Below are positions 27,202 to 39,600 of a stretch of 64,000 nt of DNA, piece by piece. The stretch lies in assembly GCF_032062105.1 (NCBI RefSeq), contig NW_026930969.1, positions 1 through 64,000 on the forward strand. The letters are read 5' to 3'. Source of the DNA: Saccostrea cucullata. Taxonomy: Eukaryota. The position numbers and the translations under genes were made by a program. The notes under the pieces were generated by a model. That model saw only the letters and a list, made by a program, of their open reading frames with translations. It was not told the DNA's origin and made no database searches. Every line of letters starts with the position of its first letter. The first letter of the stretch is position 1.

Positions 27202-27601
27202 TTAAAGAAGAAAACCACAATAAATCATTAAATCATAATTTATCTACAGCAAATAAACACATTTAGTTATACATGTATATCATTCAAAATGAAGAAAGTT
27301 AAAAGAACAACATTTAATATTATCCATTGAAAGAAAAACGTATGTTTTACGCCATCTATTTTACATTAACACAATAAGTCTAAGTACTAGTACTTGAACA
27401 TTACTTTGAAAATCACACGTCGAATGTTAAAAAATCAGATCATTGTTGAAATTAACACACAGCGCACTTTCCTTGGTCGATGTTAAACGCCTCCAGAATT
27501 AAGAATTGAGAAAAAAATTAATAAACCGTTTCCTTTAGTTAAATTGAAAAAAAAAATCTATTGGGGTCAGTTTCTTTCCAGTTTATTAAAATTGAGATCA
27601 T

Positions 27602-30600
27602 TTACCATTCTTGAGAGCCTGTTCCTGTGATGGGCATCATTTCATCACATTCTAGATCCTTCCTGCGCTTCCTTCGAATCCACAGATAACACCCTACAAC
27701 AACAATCACAAGTCCTACGGCCACCCCTGCTGCTAGTCCGATCAAAAGAGTACGGACGGGCGGATCATCAGAGGCGGATTGTCGTCCGACTACTATTATA
27801 TTAGGAATATCTGTGTCATTTGTCGAAAGTGTTGTAATTACATATACGTCTTCATTTATGGTATTATTATAAAAATCAAAATTTCGTAATGTTGTTTGAT
27901 AGGACTTTGTACTAGGAGCAGAAGGCCGGGCTGTTATTGTGGTTGACGTAGTTTGCAGAGCGGGTTTAGTTGTTTTAAAACGTGTTTTTGTTGTCGCTTT
28001 TCTTGTTGAAGATTCTGTTGTTGGTCTGGTCATTATCATTTGAGTGGTGGTCAGTCTTGTTGATCTAAACGCTGTCGTAGACACTGATTGTTTGGTTGAG
28101 CTGGGTGGAGATGTGGCAGCAGTTGTGGTTGATTTTTTGGTAGACGCTCGTAAAGTTGTCGAAATTTTTGTCGGTTTTGTTGTCGATCTTACCAGTAACG
28201 TGGTGGTTGTTGTTCTTAATTTTTTTGTTGTTTTCGTCTTTTCTGTAGGCTTTGTAGTTGTTCTTGACTGCGATGTTAAGGTGGATGTAGTAGTTAATTG
28301 TTTGGTAGTACGCGGTGTTGTTGTATTTGTTTTTGCTGATTTTGTGGTTGATCTCGATGCTGATGTAACGCTAGTTGTATCTGATTTCAGTGTTGAGATT
28401 TTTGTTGGCTTTTCAGTAAAGGATGCCGATGACGTAGCAGTAGCAGTTGACTTGATTGTACTTGTCCTGGTTTTTGTTGGTTTCTTAGCAGAGCTTAAGG
28501 TTGATGTGGAGACGGTGTTGGTTGTTGGATTTCTTGAGCCGTTGGTAGTTTGTACTTTTGTTTGATATCCTGTAGTGGTAAGAGTGATTTGTTGTGCTTT
28601 TGATTGCTTATCTGCTGGTTTTGTTTTATACTCTGTGGTTACGAATGATTTTGCGGTCGATGTTTCTACATTGGTTATTGGTTTGATACCCGGCTCTGAC
28701 GTCTTCATATTAATAGTTTTAGTTTCTGCTGTGACTGAAATAGATGTCCCATCTTCAGGGATAACTGTTATATCTTTAGTTATGTTTGTTTGATCTGACT
28801 TGATACTCGTATTAATGTCAGGTTCTTTTGTCACACTAGCCACATTAGAAGTCACGTGACTCTTAGTTGTATGACGTATTGTTAACTTCGTTGAAGTCAT
28901 ATCTGTTGTAGTTTCCACTGTATTTGCGTCATGTGTTTTATCTGTTGCTTGTACTGAACTGGTCTCTTGTGTTACGCTTATTGGTTGTTGAGCTTTATTT
29001 GTTGTAACGTTTTGGGATGCTAGAGTCGTATCGATATAAGAAGTTGAAGTTGCAGTTAATTCAGTTGTAGTTGAATCTGGGATATCAAATATAATTAGAG
29101 CAAATTAAAATATATGCTGATAAACTGATTTGAACGTAATAAATAATGTAAATAAACACAGATAATTGCAAACAAAAAACTTTACTTTGAAGTAATAATA
29201 ACCTCTGGCCATATATATATTTTCAGCTTGTAAACAACATTTGCATTCAGTCAAAGCTTAACGAGTTTCTTTGGAACAAAGTACCCTTTTTAATTGCTAC
29301 TAATGACTCTGAACTTGCCCAACATCTCTTGTCAAGAAGTATTTTAATGCTTTTTAATTAAAAAATTAAGTCTGGACAGGACTTTAATGTATTTCTTCAC
29401 AAATCCGAAAAAAATATAAGATATATCCATACATCCGGTATTAGGTAGTGACATTACATAAATATTGCATGTAGTTGAGTGTAACATTAAATGTTTTCAC
29501 TCAAGATAACCACTGTCAACCGTGCGCAGCCGAGGTTGACAATGGTTTTCTTGGGTGAAAACATTTATTATTATACTTTCATGTTAAATACTAAAATCTG
29601 ATTGGTTTAGAAGTTAACAATTTATTATGTTAGCAACACACGTGACAACGGGTAACACAACGGTAATACATGGTATCAGTTGCGCGTTTGAAAGAACCGG
29701 AATTATTATATCCGATAAATACTTGAATTTTGCGAGTGTAGGAAACATGCTTGCGAGCCAGAAATAACGAAGCTTTAAATATGATAAATGACTCTAATTC
29801 GAGTATCAAACAAACAATAAGGAGATTAGTGAACCGGTGAGTGTGAAATCTTCCTAATACATGAACGTAAAGACGATCGACGCTTAATCAATAAGACATT
29901 CAGTATAATAAAATAAATGGTGCCTGTTTTGGAGGGTAACATTTGAAATTGACACCCCTCGGAAAACCATTGTCAACCTCCGCTGACGCGTCGGTTGACA
30001 ATGGTTTTCCTTGGGGTGTCAATTTCAAATGTTACCCTCCAAAACAGGCACCATTTATATAATGTTACACTTAACTACATGGTATTTATTATATTATACT
30101 GAATTTTTTATACAAATACATATTACAGTGAATCTTGCGCGCATAAATTCTGTGCAGTCAACATTTTTTGGAATATCATCCGTCGTCAAGCAATGTTGAC
30201 TGTTGCTATGCTCAAGGGTATGGCTTCATTATTTAGCAGGTAATGGTGTTTTTAAACATATGTTTCTCTACGAATTAGATTCAACTAATTTACTTGAAAG
30301 TATAATACTTTGAAATCTATCCATATATTAGATAGTGACATCAAGGCCACATGCATATGGCACCTTCAGATATCATACAAAAAACCTTTTCGTCAATTAC
30401 GAGGACAAAAAAATTAATTCTTTTCTGTAAATGTACTAGTATTGCCCAAACATAAAATAAGTATTTTGTCTTAAAATGGCATATTACTTGCCGACATAAT
30501 ATTATTTTTATACCTTTAAAAATTTGTTCCTTAACAAATCTATACGAAAAAAGTCGAACATTTGTTTTGCTGAACGGGCATAAAAAAGTCGATGTTGGAC

Positions 30601-33600
30601 CGCTGAGTGAGATGTTGGACCGGTCGATGAGATGTTAAACCGCTTACGTCACAGAATGGGCGGAATTTAATTTCATTTTCATTCTTTAGTGTTCAAAAGT
30701 GACGGACCTGAGGTCACGGAAGACAGTAAAACACACATGTATGTCCAAAAAATAAAAAAGAAAGGTATAACAAAACATTTATTGACTAAGTTCTCGGGCA
30801 AAACGCGGACCCTCGAACCAAACTGTCTGCCTTCGGCCTAACCGCCTCAGGCAGACAGTTTTGGTTCTTGGGTCCGACAAAACGCACGTTGTCCTTTAAC
30901 GTAGTCAATAAATGTATAATATTATCAAGTAATTAATAACTACCTCGGCTATTCCTTAAGAAGTCACGATAAATTACTATATGTGTTTAGCAAACTATGA
31001 ATACCAAGAAATACACAACAATCCATCTAAAAATCTTGGATAAGATGAATTAAAAGGCATTTTCTAAGAGTCGGTGCTTGGTATTTGTCCAACACAGTGT
31101 TTCTGCATGGTAAATTAAGTAGCATTGAAAAGCATTAGAGCATAACAGAGTTTCTGGTAAAGTCAGCAACATTGAGTGGCATTTATCGAAGACAGAGTTT
31201 CTGGTAAAGTAAGCAGCATTGGCTGGAATTTGTTAGGGCTGAAACGATACGCCCCCTCCATGATACGATACGTATTGCAATACTTGTGTCACAATTCAAT
31301 TTTTTCAATACGATACAATTTAAGAAAGAAACTATTCATAAGGTTAAAGAAAACATATTCAGATTTCAAAAAAAAGTAAAAGGTGGTGATACAATAGAGA
31401 GAAATACTACCAGGGGTATGCAATATAATATTTAAGTACTAGCCCATGGGCAGCATTACAGTTACTAGCCCCAAGTAAGAAGTTACTAGCCCAAATATAG
31501 GGACAAAAATTGAAATAAAACTAATGTTGAAAAAAATTAATCGTAGAAAAAGTCAGGGTACTATATAAGGTCATTCTTTTTTCAAAATAAAGTTTAATTC
31601 TCACTATTAAAATTAAATCTTATAAAATTAATGATTATGAAAGAAAAATAAATGAATTTTTAAAAAATTATCTGATGATCTTTCCGTTTCTGATTATTTG
31701 CACTAGCTAATTTAGAATGAAAATAAATTCCTTTTGTTTTCATATTAAATTATTAAATACACTAGAAATGTATTTTATGTGAGTCACAAAACACTGATCT
31801 TTCAGTTCATTGGGTGATCGTAAATAATTCAATAAGATATGTGCCTTTATTTACAATAAACGGAGGAATGGAGGAAATTCGGATTAGGAAAAAACGATCG
31901 TTTTTGGAAGTAAATAAGTCAGATAGTACTGCAAAATGGAGAAAATTATTGAGATTTATTGACGGTAGAAGCATGCTGCCTGGAAAATATTCACTGGTTG
32001 GGAATTTGATAGCAAAAAATGAGTGAAAATACCGGTTGTATTTTTCATGTATTGCATGCCAAGTTATAATTTTTTCTAGCCCGAATTTCCAAATTTGTTA
32101 ATTGCACATCTCTGACTACTTGTGGTTCCGTTGATTAAGAGCACTTTATTCGTATCATTCATAGCAGTAACAGCCTGCTCTGAAACTTTACCGTCCTTTG
32201 TGTGTGTCATACTAATAAAATAAGGTCGAACCCGATCTATTTTAAAGAGTTAACCAAACCCGATTATAAAAAACGTATCGAACCGAAAATCGAAATGGTG
32301 AATCGAACATTGAACCGAGCAATTATATCGAACAATATCGATATTTCGGTGAATCGTTTCAGCCCTAGAATTTGTACAATAGAGAGAGATTCTGATTAAG
32401 TCAGCAGCATTGAACGAAATGTGTTCAAGAGACAGCTTCTGGTAAAGCTAGCAGCATTGAGTGATAATTGTACAAGAGACAGAGTCTGGTCAAGTCAACA
32501 ACATTGGGCAGAATTTGTACAAGAGAGAGCTTAAACTCTTGTAAGCCAGTGGCACTGAGTGACATTGAAAGGCATTTGTCCAACACAGAGCTGATAAAGC
32601 CAGCGACATTGAGCGATGATAGTGCTTATGGTAAAGGCAGCAGCATTTGTCAAAGGAGTGCTTTTGGTAAAGTCAACGGGATTGGCCTGCATTTGTCAGC
32701 GGCATTGAGTGGCATTTTACCAAAACAGCTATGGTGAAGTCATTGGCATTGAGCGGCATTTGTCAAGCATAGTGCTTCTGGTCAAGTCAGGGGCATTCAG
32801 CGGCACAGTTATACAAAGTAATGAAATTATACAAGGTAAGAAGTTTCCTTCATATTGTTAACTTGTACAGTATTATGTTTTTCTTCATACATGTATGGTT
32901 AATATACAAAAAGGAGTTTTCCTCCTTTTGTTAACTTTCGCAGAAAGCATAATAATACCATGATTATATTATAATCAAATTGGCTATAAGTATGTATCCG
33001 ACTCCTATTCCTACAATGTTTAATTAGCATATCTATATCACGCATTCTCAATTTATAGTGCCAAATCGACTTTGGGAAAAGTCAAAAAATTTTGTGAACT
33101 GAAACTAACACTTTTGTATGTCATTTGAAACATGAAGGTGTATAGTTATTAAAAATCACAATTTGATTTACATACTTCATGCTGTGTTTTGTTGACCTCC
33201 TTCGAAATGAATGCGGTTGTAGGGCTAATTTTACACCAAGATATTTACGTGATGTTGAAAAGCCATATGTGGAAACGAAAGAATTTTTTTGAAAAATACA
33301 AAATTAAGATAATACACATCAAATTTTGTTAACTATAAACATGTATGAAACCGTTTAAGCACATTTGTAAAAGCGTGTGAAATCTTTGATTCAATTATTA
33401 GTATAAACAAAACTGGCATAATTTTCATTTAATGAAATTATTTTCTTTTCATTTTAAAAAGTTTTTATCAAATCTGACGATAAGCCTAATAATGACAACA
33501 TTCCCTAAAATGCTTCATTATTTGATTCTTTATTAATCTGTTCAGAGAAACGCACATTATTTAAAATATCAGAAGGTAAAAATATTTTGCCATTACCTGA

Positions 33601-36600
33601 TTACGAAGTGTTTGCTAAATATCACGTAAATATCGCACATAGATATCATACAAAAATAAAAGTATATTGATTTCGGGGAAAAGTGAATATATTATTACAA
33701 ATTGTTGAATTTTATGAATTTTTTTATCCGTGTTCTTGACAAAGGGTTGCACTGAAAATTCAAGTTATGACTTATCTATAGAGGATTCATTTAGTTTATG
33801 ACCATCCCCCCTTCCACCATTTAATCTGTTGATTATTTCAAATGCTTAATTGCTTGTGAAAACTTTATCGTCAAATCTCAAAAACAAAACAAAGTTACCC
33901 CCACCACCCTTAAAAAGGTTTGTTAACAATTACAGTTGCATATTATATGTGCTCTATAGAGCAATATACGTACATTCTACATTAATATAACGTAAATTGA
34001 ATCCTCAGTACATTAAAGCATAGACGCATTCGTTCTAAGTTCTATGTCTGAGCAACAATTTAAATGGGAAAAATTAGGTGCACATGTATTTCTTGCAAAG
34101 CAACAAAAATGGAAATGGGTTCAATTTCGACCAGTTTCTTGACGCCCAAAACCCGTCTTTTTTCTTTAACCCGATGTGGAATACCCCCCCCCCCCCTACA
34201 TACAGCGCAGCGGTTATTTTCTTGAATTATATTTTCTACGAAAAATAATATATTCTTCTTCAAAATGTTTAGCTTGGTATACAATTTAGGTGTATATAAC
34301 GTTTTTTAAGTGGACGAGACACTATCAGTTCAAACAAACAACAAAATACAAACTTTAAGTAAGTTTTGTTTCAGATTTACGTTCCGAATGATAACGTGCA
34401 TTACACATAAAACTATGCAATATTAACCAATTGCTCAAAATGGAAACATTCGATTATTAAACCACAATTCTACTTGTTAATAATATTATGTCAATTCAAT
34501 TTTCAAATCACACGGAAGCACAAGATAATGTGTAAAATATGTTCAACTTTGCATGTGCACTTCCATTTGCATTTCTGAACTCTTGTTACAGAAAAAAAAT
34601 GTCATTTAAAGAAACAGTTTATTTCTTCATGTTTTTAGTTTTTAAATCATTAAGATTCACTCGCAAATCTGTTCAAACAGCTTTAGAATTTAATTCTAAT
34701 TTACTTTAAAACATGGTAACGTAAATATGGTAACGTAAATATCGGTAACGTAAATATCTTTCTGAGATTTATCATAACTTTTAATGCTGTTGTTTAATTA
34801 TTCAACTGTTAATTAAAGGCATATTCTAGTGCTTGAGTGTATAGCAATTTGACCCATAGGAAACAGTGTGGTTCTCTTACTCAATTTGTGAATAAGTACT
34901 AACACGTAAATATCGATGAATTTTTTAACCATTAGACTCATAAGAAAAGGGGGGCTATATTTTATAAATACAGATAAACAGTGTCTTTTTTACCATTCCA
35001 TGCAATGGAACAGGTGTTCATGATGTTAAAAAGTTACGACTTAATCTTATTGAGTCAGTTCAGCAATCCTTCCAGTCCTTTTGAATTTCCAAATAGAAAA
35101 GTAATAATTTTGCGGTGACATCAAAATTTGATAAATATTTTAAAATTTTTATAAATTTGTGCCACGCATATGTGTGAAGGGTGTGATGTTCAGAAAATAT
35201 AACTCAATTGTAGGACAATCTTACTAAGAAAAAGATATGTAATGATTAAAAACTTCTTTTTGGTTTAAAATAAAAACTAAACTATGATCGGCGACAGTAA
35301 CGTAAATATCGATTTCTGCTATAAAATGCGATTTTCGCCTAAGACAATCATTCAAGTTACAACAAACAATTGTTGTATTTTAATCAACAACCAACAATGG
35401 TTCATATGACTGGCAGCAAATAAAATTTATAAGAAATATTATATTACTTAAAACACGGTACATTATTTAAAGCGAATTGAGACTATAATTTGAGAATCAG
35501 TGATATGCTTTCTGACCAGGGCTATGATATTTATATAATTAGTATTTTAAAAGATGTTACCAAAGTACAGACGATCACCTGTATAATTTAAACTTTAATA
35601 TATGATTGTATTTTTATAATTAAAATATAATTGAAGATAGGGGAAAACAAAAATCTTACTTCATAATCAAGTCCTTGCCATTAAATAAAAATCAAATATC
35701 TTTTCAGTACCTTTCATACATCGAATGGAAAAGATCTGTGGATAAAATGTAATAAAAATTTAAGATATATGTACTTCAATCCTTGGTCTAAACAAACGGA
35801 CCGGCATTTATTTTTGAGTAATGCTATACATCTTCTTCAGGCGAAAGAATTTTTATTGTAAAAATTGGAATTAAAAATTATTATAAAAGTTAACTTTTTA
35901 TGAAATGTATTAAAACAATGCAACTAATACTTTACCTTTATCTTGGACAAATGCCGCTCAATGTCGCTGATTTTACCAGAAGCTTTTTCTCGTGAACAAA
36001 GCTGCTCCAGACCAATGACATTACCAGATGCACTATCTTTGACAAATGCCGTTGACTTCGTCAGAAGCTCCAAGTCGGAAAAATACCACTCAATGCCGAT
36101 GGCTTTTCCAGAACAAATGCCGCACTATGTCACCGACTTCAGCCGTCGCGCTGTTTGACAAATGCAGCTCAAAACCACCGATTTCAGCCGTCCCTCTGTT
36201 ACACAAATGCAGCTCAATGCCACCGACTTCAGCCGTCGCTCTGTTAGGTAAATGCCGCTCAATGCCATTGCTCTGTTAGACAAATGCCGCTCAATGCTAC
36301 CGACTTCAGTTGTCGCTGTTAGACAAATGCCGGTCAATGCCACCGACTTCAGCCGTCGCTGTTAGGTAAATGCCGCTCAATGCCATTGCTCTGTTACACA
36401 AATGCCGCTCAATGCTTGTTACACAAGCCGTCGCTCTGTTAGACTAATTCCGCGCAATGCTACCGACTTCAGCTGTCGCTGTTAGACAAATGCCGCTCAA
36501 TGCCATTGCTCTGTTAGACAAATGCCGCTCAATGCGACTTCAGCCTCTGTTAGACTAATTCCGCGCAATGCCACTGACTTTAGCGGAAGTACTATCTTTA

Positions 36601-39600
36601 ACAAATACCTCACAATAAAGCTAATTTTTTTTTCAAGAAGTTCTGTGTTGGACAATGCTCAATGACGTTCATTTCATCAAAAACTCCGTGCTGGACAGTG
36701 CCGCTTAATGCATCTGATTTTATCAGAAGTGCTGTATCGTTCAAATGCCGCTCAATGCTGCTGACTTTATCGGAAGCTCTGTGTTAGACAAACGCCGTGC
36801 AATGCTGCTGACTATCAGAAGCTCTGTGTTAGATAAATGCCGCGCAATTGCAGCTGATTTTTTCAGAAGCGCTATGTAAGATAAATGCCGCACAATGCAG
36901 CTGATTTTTTCAGAAGCTCTATGTTAGATAATTGCCGCTGAATGCCGCTAACTTTACTCTGTGTTAGATTAATGCTGCTGGCCTTACCGGATGCTTTCTC
37001 TTGGGACCAATGCAACTTACCATTTTAGACAAATGTAGCTTCCAGCCACCAACCCAATATTTTTTTTTAATTGCTTGACTTCTTACATGAAGTTTAAACC
37101 AACACCCTCTTTATGTTTGAAGTTTAATGCTTTTAAGGTTATTAGTAGTAAAATAAATGTGCAGTAAACAATAATGAAATGCAGGCAAAAGAATACGTGT
37201 TTTGTTTACCATGTGTGCAGTTGGTGATGGAAACGTCATCGATTGCAATGTCTCCGCGATGGTCATCGCCACGAGTTCCGGTAATTATAATCTACAGAAA
37301 ATTAATACCGCAAATGAAACTGCTTTATTGTTATTTTTTTCATTAAAAATACTATTTACTTTAGAAATAAAATTAATGAAAAAAGGGAGGGGGTAAAACC
37401 TGGAAGCGGGAGGTCCTTGCTCCGATTTCTAGAGACCCTTTGTGCCAGGTATCGCCTTGGTTACCAGACATACTCCACACGGGGTCTAGATTAGAAGAGT
37501 TGGCATCAGCATCTTTTATTCCAACTTTCAATGAGCCTACATCTGGAAAAAAGTATACATTTAATTCAAATATCTGCGATTTAAAAATTTAAGATACTAT
37601 TAAAGAAATTCATTTTATATCATACAAACATTATTTTGAATATACTTTAAAAAATCTATATCCACCAGCAAATTCAGAATTAGTATAGAATACTTATAAA
37701 TTGTGTAAATTGAATATTTAGAAATTTTGGATTAAAAAATATATATGTATTCTGGAAATGCAACTTTTTTTTAGAAACTGAATACAATGTACGTATTTAC
37801 CCCCTTCTCTGTCTCGTCCAAGCATGTGATACCAGAATTCAAAGCAGAGACCAGCTTCCACCGGATTGTAGTAGGGTGACAACAGCGTAGTGTAATCCCC
37901 CGGCCTTCTAGGCCTAGAGGCCTCCATAAATAGATAGTGACCTACAAACAAAATTACAAATTAATTTGATGTCTCAAAAAATTATTTGTATATGTACTAT
38001 AGTATTGAGAAATCCGTTTGAATAGCTCACTTGGGCTTTTTAGAATTAATCCTTTACACACACACACACCCATTTATTTTGTGCATACCGTGGGTATCGC
38101 ATTCCTATGGCACGCCAAATTCACAAAAATGAGCAAAACATAGTTTCACAGTCGATAAACTAGGTTTATCGGTTGTAAACTATAGTTTACGGACTGTAAA
38201 CTATAGTTAACGACGTTAATCTATATTTTACATCTGTAAACTATAGTTAACCGATAATCTATGTTTCACAACCGTAAACTATACTTAACACTGAAAACAA
38301 TCATTTGCGATTGCAAAACATAGATTATCTGATAAATACAGTTTCAAGATTTGTAAACTATAGTTTACAAACCGTTAACTATAGTTAACGATCTGATAAA
38401 TATAGTTTCACGATTTGTGAAACTATGATTAACAACTCTTAACTACAGTTTACGATCGTTAACTATAGTTTACAAACGTGAATCTATGTTTATCAACAAA
38501 ATCTATTGTTAACGCTTATTACAGACAGATAAACTTAGATTATCATTCGTAAACTATAGTTAACAACCGTTAAATATAGTTTTATAGATAAAAACTATAC
38601 TTAACGAATCGTTAACTATAGTTTACGGTTTGTAAACTATAGTTTACAGTCGATAAACCTAGTTTATCAAATGTGAAACTAGGTTTATCTCATTTTTGTG
38701 AATTTGGCGTGCCATACATTCCAATAACCAACGTGGCTCCAGAGTATCCATACTAGGAGATGTTTAAACCCCTTGAAAGCGGATCGGAAAATAAGATTTT
38801 TATCAGAGATGCATGGGGACCAGTCTCCTCACCTTAAACAAATCCAAATATCGTGTGTCCAGGGATTGTTTGTTTCGTTTCGTGAATTATTTTTATGCGC
38901 CTGGATCGACAGATCCGGGGCGTATATTGTTTTATCCAGTCTGTCTGTCTGTCTGTCTGTTTGTCTGCAAACTTTAACCTTCGCCATAACTTTTGAACCA
39001 TGAAAGATAGAGACTTCATATCTGGTATGCATACTCCACTAATGAAGCTCTTTCAAATGACACCAAAGGCAATGACCTTGTGACCTTGACTGTGACCTAT
39101 ATGCTAAAAATAGCTTTTTCTGCAAACTTTAACCTTCGCCGTAACTTTTGAACTATAAAAGATAGAGACTTCATATTCAGTATGCATACTTCAATAATGA
39201 AGCTCTTTCAAATGACACCAAGTTCAGTGACCTTGTGACCTTGACTGTGACCTATATGCTAAAAATTTCTCTTTTTTTGTCTTCAAACTTTAACCTTCGC
39301 TGTAACTTTTGAACCATGAAAGATAAAGACTTCATATTTGGTTTGCTTACTTCAATCATTAATCTCTTTCAAATGACACCAAAGTCATTGACCTTGTGAC
39401 CTTGGCTGTGACCTATATGCTAAAAATACATTTTTTGAACCTTAACCATTACTTTTGGACCATGAGAGGTAGGGACTTCATATTAGGTATGCATACTCCA
39501 CTACCGGTAATCAAGTTCTTTCAAGTGATACCAAGGTCAATGACCTTGTGACCTTGACACTGACTATATGCTAAAAATAGCTTTTTTGGAACTTTGTGCC

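Noticed and set aside
28044-28793. Val-rich + strand ORFs (also 46070-46666 and 49328-49603)
   Set aside because: Antisense shadows of Thr codons in the mucin exons.
35942-37035. CRISPR-like or coding repeat array (ORFs with DKCRSMPPTSAVALL repeats)
   Set aside because: No unique spacers and no cas genes in a eukaryotic intron; unit lengths vary and break the frame, so it is a minisatellite.
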